In this document: positions 1-8,418 of the stretch, piece after piece
How positions within the stretch are numbered: the first letter of the stretch is position 1
Layout of the letters: every line of letters begins with the position of its first letter
IMG/VR virus record: IMGVR_UViG_3300031857_000054
Span: 1 to 64,000 of that record
Length of the DNA stretch: 64,000 bases
Origin: a virus
Direction: 5' to 3' (one strand)
Translations under genes and position numbers: made by a program
Notes under the pieces: model-generated
What the model was told of the DNA's origin: nothing
Seen by the model: only the letters and a program-made list of their open reading frames with translations
Databases searched by the model: none

Positions 1-2237
1 TTATCATAAAACTTAATATAACTACCGCCAAAGCCGTAAATATAACGATCCATTTGATCGGCAAGATCAATATTACCTTTTACTCTTACAGTACCGTTAA
101 CATCTAACTTATATCCTGCATCGGTAGCTGTACCAATACCCAAACCATTACTGCGGATATAGGAAAACCCTCCTGTTTCTAAGAGTATTTCTGTAGTTCC
201 ACTATTTATTAAATATAATGCACCACGATTATTATTCCCTACTCTTCTAAACTCACCAATGTTAGTTCCATTTTGCTGTAGAATAATACCTCCAGCATTT
301 ACTGTTGTATTAACAGTAGCACCACCTACAGTAATGGCATTGGTGGTGGTGTTCCCTGCTGTGGTTACTTGAGCTAGGGTAGGAACTGAGACCAAGGGAG
401 TACCTCCAAAGATGGTAGATATGGTTTTGTTCTTCCATAAATCCGTAGATGATTCATAAACCAAAAGGTCGTTGTTGACTTCTGAGGCAATAGCTACATC
501 ATGAAGTTCGTGTAACTCATATCCGTTCTGAATACGATAAACTATAGTTCCGTTTGTCGGAGAGGTTCTAGTTACGACCCCTACGTAAACTAAGTGCTGA
601 GGAGCCGAAGGTTTTACGTTCGTAAGATATCCAGGAATTGTAGGGTGAAGGTAAAGAATGTCTCCGTCTACGAGAGTAACGTCTGTAAAAGGATGTGTCG
701 CTACTGAACGAGTATCTAAAGTATCAATCGTTCCTTGAACAATAACATACCCATCTGAGTTGTTGTTTATGTCCGTTGCAACTACACCAAAGGTTTGTGC
801 AGAGTTAGCATCGTTGTTACCTTGGGCCTTTACAAAGTTAGGAAGATGTCCTGTTGAACCTTGGATTCTGATTACTGTGCCTTTATAAAGAGTAGCTCCT
901 GTAGAGTTTCTTCCTAAAGTCATTAAAGCCTCTGCCTTGTCTACGATTCCACTATTGTCTGTGTCGTAAGTGGAGTTTCCTAAGAATACAGGCTTTCCAT
1001 TAAACCTTGTATATAGAGTAGCGTTATCTACTTCTACGCAGTGTACAAATCCCTTATAATCAATTTTATAATTGTCTTTTTTAGCAGTACTCCCTTGTAA
1101 GTTATTGAAATTACAATTTAGTCTATAAAAGTCTCTAACACCGTAGGAAGTAATTGCAGGAGAGCATTTTGTAATTGTGGCGTATCCTCCAAGTTTTAAG
1201 ATTATTTCTTGTAAATCATCAGCCATTCTTTTTGATACAGTAGTAATATTATTACTATTTAGATGACCGTCTCCTTTGTAGTAAGCACTATAAAATAAAA
1301 TTAACTTTTCTGGAGGTAAATTCTTGACAAAAGATGGAATAAATTTATTGTGAGCATGTTTGCCAAACTGACTTAAAAATTTTGCTAGTTCTGAGTGCCT
1401 AAAGTTAAAATGTGCATTCTGGTTGTGAGCCAAAGTTCTTCCTAAACTTCTTGCTAGCTCAACCATAACTTTAGTACAGTCAGCAATAGTTTTGCTTTTT
1501 GTTTGAGTTACGTATATTTTAGTACCAACCACACAACCTTCAGCTAAAAACCAACCTAAGAATTCTAAAAACAAATCATCGTCAATTCCAAAAGGATTAG
1601 TTTCTGTTTTTACTCCATTCCATTTTGCTGTTATTGGAAATGACCTTATTTTTTCTGAAACTTCATCAGCTCTTTCCCAATAAAAATCTTCAGACCAAAC
1701 TAGTCCTCTTTGTCCTCCATACCATTTTCTTACATACATCCTATGGTTAGGAGTAACCAAATAAGATAACTGTTTAGTCTCTCTTCCTAATAGTTCTCCG
1801 TCATACTCGTATTTAAAAATATGATTAGGTACTTGGTATTCTAACTCTTTTGTCTCTTGATTAAGAGTTGCTACTTCATCGTCAAATGAAATGTCAGTGA
1901 TTTTTTTCCAGCCGTTTAGAGTTAATAACTCTGTGTCGGGGTGAAAACACTTATACATATCACCACCTCCACCTCCTCCTGCAACAGGTTTCCACACTCC
2001 GTCATCGGCTAAGTAAAGATTACCTGCTCCTGTAGCACCTGTTCCTAATCTATTGGGATCGATGATACCAGTAGAGATGAAAGCCGCATCGAATAATCTG
2101 AATGCAGGTGTACCAAAGTTTACTGGGTCTGTGGCAAACACATACTTTGGTGGGAACTGAGGAGACAAAAAACCTTGTTGAGCAGATGCTTGTGTAAAGG
2201 TTATAAGGTCTTGAGGAGTCAGAGGATTATTAGACAT
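1..2237 (-). CDS. Tail fibre/spike protein interrupted by an intein (runs off the window at its 3' end)
   Basis: Open frame from ATG at 2237 to the window edge (MSNNPLTPQD...GGGGGGDMYK-[intein]-STYDTDNSGIVDKAE...NGYELHELHDV...GIGTATDAGYKLDVNG). GDMxKSxYD, ELHELHDV and GIGT...KLDVNG are typical phage fibre motifs. Not in the ORF track because it has no stop codon in the window. Confidence 0.85.
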   Translation of the reverse strand, partial: MSNNPLTPQDLITFTQASAQQGFLSPQFPPKYVFATDPVNFGTPAFRLFDAAFISTGIIDPNRLGTGATGAGNLYLADDGVWKPVAGGGGGGDMYKCFHPDTELLTLNGWKKITDISFDDEVATLNQETKELEYQVPNHIFKYEYDGELLGRETKQLSYLVTPNHRMYVRKWYGGQRGLVWSEDFYWERADEVSEKIRSFPITAKWNGVKTETNPFGIDDDLFLEFLGWFLAEGCVVGTKIYVTQTKSKTIADCTKVMVELARSLGRTLAHNQNAHFNFRHSELAKFLSQFGKHAHNKFIPSFVKNLPPEKLILFYSAYYKGDGHLNSNNITTVSKRMADDLQEIILKLGGYATITKCSPAITSYGVRDFYRLNCNFNNLQGSTAKKDNYKIDYKGFVHCVEVDNATLYTRFNGKPVFLGNSTYDTDNSGIVDKAEALMTLGRNSTGATLYKGTVIRIQGSTGHLPNFVKAQGNNDANSAQTFGVVATDINNNSDGYVIVQGTIDTLDTRSVATHPFTDVTLVDGDILYLHPTIPGYLTNVKPSAPQHLVYVGVVTRTSPTNGTIVYRIQNGYELHELHDVAIASEVNNDLLVYESSTDLWKNKTISTIFGGTPLVSVPTLAQVTTAGNTTTNAITVGGATVNTTVNAGGIILQQNGTNIGEFRRVGNNNRGALYLINSGTTEILLETGGFSYIRSNGLGIGTATDAGYKLDVNGTVRVKGNIDLADQMDRYIYGFGGSYIKFYD
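975..1949 (-). mobile_element. Intein (325 aa) with LAGLIDADG homing endonuclease
   Basis: Starts CFHPDTELLTLNGWKKI (block A); block B VTPNHRMYV; LAGLIDADG motifs FLGWFLAEG and FYSAYYKGDG; ends VHCVEV...PVFLGN followed by extein Ser+1. Confidence 0.92.
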
Positions 2238-2261
2238 GACATGGCTACTGATAGTAATATA

Positions 2262-2269
2262 CAAATATA
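2262..2269 (-). promoter_or_regulatory. Bacteroidota primary-sigma -7 element (TATATTTG) for the fibre gene
   Basis: Matches TAnnTTTG about 25 nt upstream of ATG 2237. Confidence 0.55.
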
Positions 2270-2280
2270 AGCCAATATAG

Positions 2281-2311
2281 AAAAAAATAAAGGGGGATAT
2301 AAATCCCCCTC
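2281..2311 (-). terminator. Intrinsic terminator ending the replication operon
   Basis: AGGGGGAT/ATCCCCCT stem followed by a T-run on the minus strand. Confidence 0.7.
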
Positions 2312-2349
2312 TACTTAACTAAAACTATGGAAATGATTACAAATTTCCC

Positions 2350-2691
2350 TTACTCCGAGATAACAGACAGACCTTCTGGTCCTCCTGTTAGGTTCAAGAA
2401 AGAATCAATCTCTCTTGGGTCTTTCAATACTACTACAATTGGCTCACTTGTTACCTCAAATTTAGTAATTTTTATTGGCTCTTTTTGTTTAGTAGTAGGG
2501 TTTATCTTGTATTGATAGTCTGTTGGATTTAACTTATCCGCATTCCTATTCAATATGATTGCTAATCCGTCCTTCTCTGGGTACGTCATAACTACTGAAT
2601 CTAAATCGAAAGAATATCCATTCTTACGAGTTGTTTGAGTGCCTTGCTCTGAAGGTACACTCTCGATGTCTGTGTAATAAAATAGTTTCAT
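2350..2691 (-). CDS. Hypothetical protein
   Basis: 113 aa ORF in the operon, coding-like composition. Confidence 0.7.
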   Translation of the reverse strand: MKLFYYTDIESVPSEQGTQTTRKNGYSFDLDSVVMTYPEKDGLAIILNRNADKLNPTDYQYKINPTTKQKEPIKITKFEVTSEPIVVVLKDPREIDSFLNLTGGPEGLSVISE

Positions 2692-2707
2692 TTCTAAAGT
2701 TATTAAC

Positions 2708-2989
2708 TTACCAGATTAATACAACATCCATCTCACGGATTAAAAACTTCTGACCGCCTTCTACGTCAATAAGTTCTGCATGCATAATGGTGCTAGGTGA
2801 GATATACACCTTATCTCCTACTGCTATATCTTTAACAGTATCACCAATAGCAAATACCTCAAGTGAGGTCATTTCATTTAGTTCTTTAATTAGAACTTCT
2901 TTTTGGGCTTCTTCACTCAAGTGAATGCCTAGGTCTCTACGAGGGGGGCAATTAAGCAATACCCTTGATCCTCTCAGTTTAATAGTCAT
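2708..2989 (-). CDS. groES: GroES/Cpn10-like co-chaperonin
   Basis: LRGSRVLL...GIHL...EVFAIGDTVKDIAVGDKVY...LIREMDVV follows the Cpn10 pattern. Confidence 0.8.
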   Translation of the reverse strand: MTIKLRGSRVLLNCPPRRDLGIHLSEEAQKEVLIKELNEMTSLEVFAIGDTVKDIAVGDKVYISPSTIMHAELIDVEGGQKFLIREMDVVLIW

Positions 2990-3423
2990 ATTGGTTTTAG
3001 GTTGTTTGTTTTACTTACTTCTACGTCACAGGTTTTCAATAGGTTGATGCCTGCTAAATCACGATATTCAGTTATGTAGTATACTTTCTTGATACCACTT
3101 TGAACAATCAGTTTGGCACACTCAGTGCAACAAGAGTGCGTCATGTACAATGTAGCTCCCTCAGTACTGATAGGAGACTTACAAGCCTTACTAATGGCGT
3201 TAGACTCTGCATGCAACACATAAGGTAAAGTCACATCACCTTCTTCACATACGTTAGGAAGACCACTAGGAGTACCATTATAACCGAAGGAGATTATGTT
3301 TCCATCCTTAACAATTAAAGCACCTACTTGTAGTCTCTTACAATAAGATTCTTCTGCAATTCTACGCACTAGATCTAAGTAAAGGTTATGTTTTTTCTCC
3401 GAATGATGCAAGGGACGAGTCAT
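2986..3423 (-). CDS. dCMP deaminase
   Basis: QVGALIVKD, GYNGTPSG, HAESNAI, SCCTEC zinc motifs. Confidence 0.92.
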   Translation of the reverse strand: MTRPLHHSEKKHNLYLDLVRRIAEESYCKRLQVGALIVKDGNIISFGYNGTPSGLPNVCEEGDVTLPYVLHAESNAISKACKSPISTEGATLYMTHSCCTECAKLIVQSGIKKVYYITEYRDLAGINLLKTCDVEVSKTNNLKPI

Positions 3424-3445
3424 TTTAGATTGATTGGTTAATTTG

Positions 3446-3473
3446 CAAAGTTATAAGAAATATCCTATTTTTG
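3446..3473. promoter_or_regulatory. Divergent TAnnTTTG promoters
   Basis: TAACTTTG on minus (3446-3453) before the dCMP deaminase; TATTTTTG on plus (3466-3473) before ORF 3493. Confidence 0.5.
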
Positions 3474-3492
3474 AACATAGAAAATTAATTTT

Positions 3493-3828
3493 ATGACTAC
3501 AGAAAATAGCCAACCAGAAGCACAGGAAAGTACAGTTTATTGGAAACCTGACGAACAAATTACTATCAAAGGCACAGAACTTGCAGCATTGTTGCATCTT
3601 GTTGATCTTCAAACAGTTGCTCTAACTCAAGTACCTCTTACAACTTTGATGGAGTTGTTCTCTACTGCAAACGCAGCTAAGAATGACATCATGGAACGAC
3701 TTGCAAATGAAGGTAAGTTAAGTTCAACTCCAATGGAAGCTGTAATTCCACAAGCAGAACCTACCTTGGGGTCTGAAGCAAAGGTTATTCCTATGGATCT
3801 TAATGAGATTTCAGACGAAATCTTGTAA
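3493..3828 (+). CDS. Acidic hypothetical protein (lone plus-strand gene)
   Basis: 111 aa ORF filling a gap between minus-strand genes, with its own promoter motif. Confidence 0.7.
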   Translation: MTTENSQPEAQESTVYWKPDEQITIKGTELAALLHLVDLQTVALTQVPLTTLMELFSTANAAKNDIMERLANEGKLSSTPMEAVIPQAEPTLGSEAKVIPMDLNEISDEIL

Positions 3829-3870
3829 ATTTGTACTAGATAGCGCTTTTCCATTAGCAACAAGGGAGGA

Positions 3871-4347
3871 CTATAAGTCCTCCTTTATTGTTTCTAATTG
3901 TAAATTAAATCGGTAGATTTCTTGAGTTATGTCTACTTCAACTTTAGTAAAGTTTGCTTCAGGGTCAGAGATATCTAAGAATCCTCTTGTAAACTCATCA
4001 AACCTGCCATGCCTAAAGCTAAACAGGTCTCTGCGATACACATCGTGTACTCTGAATACATACATTCTCATCATACCTTCTCCGTTAGGAATATCATAGT
4101 AGTCGTAGAATGAGTTGAAGTCGACAATTTTTGCTTGGAATTCTTCATAATCCTTAGTTTCCCTTAAGTGAAACAAGAAGAATAGACAATTTTTGTACTT
4201 TTTACTGTGGCCATAGTCATCCAAGTACACATTGACTAGCCCATATGTTCTTAGGGTAGCCAATGCGTCTTTGTTAAACACCATGCAGGTAAGGAACCGA
4301 GCTGTATTAGTTGGAATACTCACTAATACAAAATTAACAGAAGTCAT
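3871..4347 (-). CDS. Hypothetical protein
   Basis: Start moved to MTSVNF at 4347, adjacent to the nuclease stop. Confidence 0.7.
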   Translation of the reverse strand: MTSVNFVLVSIPTNTARFLTCMVFNKDALATLRTYGLVNVYLDDYGHSKKYKNCLFFLFHLRETKDYEEFQAKIVDFNSFYDYYDIPNGEGMMRMYVFRVHDVYRRDLFSFRHGRFDEFTRGFLDISDPEANFTKVEVDITQEIYRFNLQLETIKEDL

Positions 4348-4349
4348 AG

Positions 4350-5330
4350 TTAAAGCAACTTTTCTCCTATAATTCGCACACCATTGTTGAGATAATCTTG
4401 CATAGGGTAATCCCACAAATCATTCTCTAAGTGCCACTCGTATCTCTCAATAGCATCTCTGAAACCTTCATACTGACGACCGTTGTATTCTCCACCGTTC
4501 TGTCCAATATGTAGTATGGTTTTGTCTATCTCATAGATAAGAGGACTACCTGGATAGTCTTGGTTCTCTACAATAAACCTAAAGGGATGTAATGTCTTAC
4601 CACCTAATTTCTCTACTAGACCTGAAGCAATAATACCATAGGTGTAGAAAGCAGCCTGAATATCGTATCTGAACTTCCAGAACATACCTATCCAGAAGTT
4701 AGTAGGAGATGAAGTGGTCTTTAGGTCAATTGGATATACTACTCCTGTTGCCTTATCTACCACTACTAAATCTAGTAGGCCCTTACATTTATGTTTGCCG
4801 TACTCAAACTCTACCACTACTTGCTTGTGGACTTCATACCTGTCTGAGCCGTTTATCCATTCGCTCGTGAATTGATTATTCTTTAGGCTCTCTACTATGT
4901 TGTCTATCTTTGTCTTTTGGGCACTTGTAATTACTGTCTTTCCATTAGACTCTAGCAAAGCTTCATAGTAATACTTACCTTCTTTCTCAAATCGCTCACG
5001 TACTTTATCTAACTTAATCTTAAAGCCAGATCTTTCGTATGCAATTTGTTCTGCATCAGAACTATCTCTGTTAACAAACAACTGCCACACAAACACACCC
5101 ATCATAGCACCTGGCTTTTCTACATCTGTTGTATAGAATGCATCATAAAATGCGTCACTACTTTGAGTTAGTATTAAGTCAACAGCATCTCCGATGAGTG
5201 TAGTTTCTTTTGGTTCGTCTGTGTCATCCTCCGTGTTGTAGTTAATGAAGAGTTGCGGATGCACTAACAACTTCTTCAATTTGCTCTGGCTAAGAGCTGT
5301 ACTACTTAAGTATTCTTCGTTTATTATCAT
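4350..5330 (-). CDS. PD-(D/E)XK exonuclease (RecE/ExoVIII-like)
   Basis: LSQSKLK, KGLLDLV...PIDLKTT, YDIQAAFY motifs; start likely MIINEEY at 5330. Confidence 0.85.
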   Translation of the reverse strand: MIINEEYLSSTALSQSKLKKLLVHPQLFINYNTEDDTDEPKETTLIGDAVDLILTQSSDAFYDAFYTTDVEKPGAMMGVFVWQLFVNRDSSDAEQIAYERSGFKIKLDKVRERFEKEGKYYYEALLESNGKTVITSAQKTKIDNIVESLKNNQFTSEWINGSDRYEVHKQVVVEFEYGKHKCKGLLDLVVVDKATGVVYPIDLKTTSSPTNFWIGMFWKFRYDIQAAFYTYGIIASGLVEKLGGKTLHPFRFIVENQDYPGSPLIYEIDKTILHIGQNGGEYNGRQYEGFRDAIERYEWHLENDLWDYPMQDYLNNGVRIIGEKLL

Positions 5331-5517
5331 ATCGTAGGTAGGTAATTTTAATGTTCCATAGTAACCACCCAATGTATAAAGTGAACAGTTCGTGTTTACT
5401 TGTTCTTGAGATAGTTAACATTGGAAGGAGATAGAAAAAAACAAAGGGTGTATCTCGCTGCCCCCATGTACGTTTGTAGAAACTATTAGTCTCTAGCTTT
5501 AGTTTTCCGATTGTCAT
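5302..5517 (-). CDS. Small hydrophobic hypothetical protein
   Basis: 71 aa ORF overlapping both neighbours. Confidence 0.45.
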   Translation of the reverse strand: MTIGKLKLETNSFYKRTWGQRDTPFVFFYLLPMLTISRTSKHELFTLYIGWLLWNIKITYLRYDNKRRILK

Positions 5518-5881
5518 AGTGTGGTTTCTCCCTCATTATGTATTCTAAAAACATTGTGTTACACATTACATGGCTGATGTGACGACATCCTGATTCAGGA
5601 TCTACATCTTCGCCTCGTAAGAAAGCAAACAAATGCCTCATTAAACTCTCGCTAACTTGAGTTACAGGCATTCCTTTCTTCCAGTTGTCTGGTGCATACT
5701 TAGCTGCGCCATACTCTAACACTCTAACTAGTCCTTCTAGTGAATCAAAGTCCACTAGTGCCCATTGAAGTTTACCTTGGTTGTAGCGAAGTGCTTGTTC
5801 TTGTTTGTCTCTCTCAGACAAAGCTTTCATAAACTCATCGGCTTCTTCATTAACTTCTTTTATAATTGTCTTGTTTTCCAT
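5486..5881 (-). CDS. dATP/dGTP diphosphohydrolase domain protein (DUF5664-like)
   Basis: YNQGKLQWALV...VLEYGAAKYAPDNWKKG...SLMRHL...DPESGCRHISH. Confidence 0.85.
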   Translation of the reverse strand: MENKTIIKEVNEEADEFMKALSERDKQEQALRYNQGKLQWALVDFDSLEGLVRVLEYGAAKYAPDNWKKGMPVTQVSESLMRHLFAFLRGEDVDPESGCRHISHVMCNTMFLEYIMREKPHYDNRKTKARD

Positions 5882-5883
5882 AT

Positions 5884-6324
5884 CTAGTTTGGTTCTGGTA
5901 TATGTGCACCTAGTACATCATTAGCAAACTGAAGAACCTTAGTAATAAACTTGGTTACTTCTTCTTTAGTTGCTTTAGAGAATGACATAGGTAGTTTTAC
6001 AAACTCGCCTCCCATAGCAACTTCTTCATAGAAGTATTTGCTCTTGAGAAACATAATTACTTCTTCCTTAGTTAACTCTTCTCCTTGGAGTTCTTCCAAT
6101 GAGTTCTTGATAACAGGAAGTATTACTCCATAGAAGTAGCGGAGTTGTTGTATGCTTTTCTTGCCTTCAACACGCACTATGCTCAGCTCTACTTCTACAT
6201 CAGGGTCTCCATTCATTACCTCAGTTAAGTACTGTTGTAATATAGCAGGATCATCTGGTTTGAAGTATCTATTGCCATCTACTTTGACGGCTAGTTTACC
6301 TGGTATGTAGATTTTATTTATCAT
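5884..6324 (-). CDS. NinB/Orf-like recombination protein
   Basis: KSIQQLRYFYGV...SFSKATKEEVTKFI resembles the NinB family. Confidence 0.55.
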   Translation of the reverse strand: MINKIYIPGKLAVKVDGNRYFKPDDPAILQQYLTEVMNGDPDVEVELSIVRVEGKKSIQQLRYFYGVILPVIKNSLEELQGEELTKEEVIMFLKSKYFYEEVAMGGEFVKLPMSFSKATKEEVTKFITKVLQFANDVLGAHIPEPN

Positions 6325-6604
6325 CTTCTTTCTTTTCTAATTCTTCTAAAAGTTTAAACGCTAACTCTTCTTCAGCATCTATTAGGTTGCCGTCTCTTAA
6401 ACGTCTCTTAAAAGCTTCGTCTATCTGCTTGATAAAGAATGCGTTAGCGGCTTTTGCATTGTTAGCTGCTTTCTTAAGTTCTGGGTTGAGAAACTCCCTA
6501 ACCCACTGATATTGGATATTAAGGGCCCGTGCTAACACATAGGCCCTTCTTATATCCTTTAGTTTTTGTTCTTCACTTAGATTGCTCACTCTGCCACGTA
6601 TCAA
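6314..6604 (-). CDS. Hypothetical protein
   Basis: 96 aa helical ORF in the operon. Confidence 0.6.
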   Translation of the reverse strand: MIRGRVSNLSEEQKLKDIRRAYVLARALNIQYQWVREFLNPELKKAANNAKAANAFFIKQIDEAFKRRLRDGNLIDAEEELAFKLLEELEKKEDDK

Positions 6605-7235
6605 AACACTTCTTTAACTCTTCTTTCTCTTCTGGGGTAAGCTTCCAATACTCAGGGTTAAACTCAGCATAAACACTCTTAATGTCTTGGAAATAACCAT
6701 CATTAATTTGATTGGTGATATCATCCCAAAAGCATTCTGGATTGTTCTTTTGCTGAAACTCACGATAAGTCAATTGAGTTTCGTCTAGATTACCTTCTGT
6801 ATCTATTGAGAATTCACCTGCAAAATCCATCCCTGGCTCATCGTAGTTACCCTCACAAGTAAGTTTGTACTTCTTACAAAGTTTTACAAACAAAGGAAGC
6901 ATTGGACTCCAAGCACTATCACCTGAAATTGTTAATCCGATTTCATCTTCATTGTGATATTCTTGTAACTCAAGGTAAGCATCAAACCACTTAGAGCCAT
7001 ACTTATTATAGACATCAAAGCCAGTTTTGAAATTGCCATCTTCCTGCTGGTCAGGTCGATTCATCAAGAGTTTAGAGTAGTTCACTGCATACAAGCCAAT
7101 CTCAGCAGTAGTAGGAGTTGATTCACGATATCTAACCTCCTTAGTTTCTTCTAGTTTTTTAGCTTGTGCAAGTAATCTCTGAATCTGTTTACGGCTACCT
7201 ACAAAGTAGCCGTAATTGTAACAATGATTTGCCAT
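6573..7235 (-). CDS. YubB/DUF1281-like ferredoxin-fold protein
   Basis: MANHCYN...YGSKW...DSAWSP...YDEPGMDFAG pattern. Confidence 0.65.
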   Translation of the reverse strand: MANHCYNYGYFVGSRKQIQRLLAQAKKLEETKEVRYRESTPTTAEIGLYAVNYSKLLMNRPDQQEDGNFKTGFDVYNKYGSKWFDAYLELQEYHNEDEIGLTISGDSAWSPMLPLFVKLCKKYKLTCEGNYDEPGMDFAGEFSIDTEGNLDETQLTYREFQQKNNPECFWDDITNQINDGYFQDIKSVYAEFNPEYWKLTPEEKEELKKCFDTWQSEQSK

Positions 7236-7492
7236 TAGAATTCATGAAATAGTAGTGGACCTTTAAGAGAAACTGGCTCTTGTAGGAAGATAACACCTGC
7301 CTCATTACCTTCAGGATCTCTGCTAGGGTAAAAACTTACATCATCTTCCGTCCTAAATATAATGAAAGCTTCACGCCAACCCATCTCTTTTATCTCCTCT
7401 TCGGTTGAGTAACGGATTTCTACAATCTTCTTATCCTTTAACAGTAGGTTAGCTAATTCTAGCCTTTCTACTTCATACTCTAGTCTATTCAT
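7235..7492 (-). CDS. Hypothetical protein
   Basis: 85 aa ORF with a PSRDPEGN motif. Confidence 0.65.
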   Translation of the reverse strand: MNRLEYEVERLELANLLLKDKKIVEIRYSTEEEIKEMGWREAFIIFRTEDDVSFYPSRDPEGNEAGVIFLQEPVSLKGPLLFHEF

Positions 7493-7844
7493 TTTCTTGT
7501 TCTCTCTGTTGGTTAATAAAGTTTGCTTCTTCGTCTCTTAGGTGGTCAAATGCTGGGTCATCGTCGTAGTCAACTTCGGGTAAAGTAATGTCAACTATTT
7601 CTCCACCTACAAATAGCTGGTGAGTGTCTTCTCCATCATGTGTAATAGTGTCTATTTCTGTTAAAGTTTCAGAGATTACTTCAGCTTCCTCTGAGTCATA
7701 CATATCGCAGTCAAAATCATTACTTACATACATTTCTTTAGCTTTTTCTTTAGCTTCTTCTAAACTATTTGCCTCAATTACAGTAGTGTTTCTAACCCAA
7801 ACTGTAAATTTTCTTTCTAGAATAACGTCAAAAAGGTGTTTCAT
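7485..7844 (-). CDS. Acidic hypothetical protein
   Basis: 119 aa, IEANSLEEAKEKA motif. Confidence 0.7.
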   Translation of the reverse strand: MKHLFDVILERKFTVWVRNTTVIEANSLEEAKEKAKEMYVSNDFDCDMYDSEEAEVISETLTEIDTITHDGEDTHQLFVGGEIVDITLPEVDYDDDPAFDHLRDEEANFINQQREQENE

Positions 7845-7845
7845 A

Positions 7846-8403
7846 TTAGTTTGCTGCTATTGCGATAAAGTAGTAGGAACCAGGAGTTTCTTTGTCTGCT
7901 TTCTTGTAACTAATTTCAGACACTAGTGTGCTACTGTTAGTAAGCTTCTTAGTAATATGCACATATGTTTTAACCTTGTGCTCTTCTGTATACTTACGAC
8001 CAATATTAATAGCGTCTATCTGAAACTCACTACTGCCGATTACATCTCCGTCAAACAACTGTACTTCATAGATTGTCTTCCAAACACGATTACCTCTTTG
8101 TGGTGTAGTTGTAACTTGAGTCTTAATCTTGTTGTTGTTAACTACTGGCTTTGTTGTACAGATACCTACAGCACTACCCCACTTAGTAATCTTGTTATTT
8201 TCATACAGCCATTCCGCAAAATCCCCAAGACTTTTGCCTGAGGATAAGTACTCTTTAGTCATATCAACAAAACCTTGAGTTGTACTAATGGTTCCGTTGT
8301 ATGAATCATTGCCGTATTCGTAAACTGCTTCTTCTACTGCATTTCTATATGCCTCTCTCATCGAGGCTCCTCTAGATGTTAATTCAATTAATTGTGCTCC
8401 CAT
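7846..8403 (-). CDS. Hypothetical protein
   Basis: 185 aa ORF in the operon. Confidence 0.75.
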   Translation of the reverse strand: MGAQLIELTSRGASMREAYRNAVEEAVYEYGNDSYNGTISTTQGFVDMTKEYLSSGKSLGDFAEWLYENNKITKWGSAVGICTTKPVVNNNKIKTQVTTTPQRGNRVWKTIYEVQLFDGDVIGSSEFQIDAINIGRKYTEEHKVKTYVHITKKLTNSSTLVSEISYKKADKETPGSYYFIAIAAN

Positions 8404-8418
8404 AATTTTTTTGTTTAG

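Noticed and set aside
5486-5881. Z-base (2-aminoadenine) genome
   Set aside because: No purZ or other modification genes in the window; this hydrolase alone is not diagnostic.
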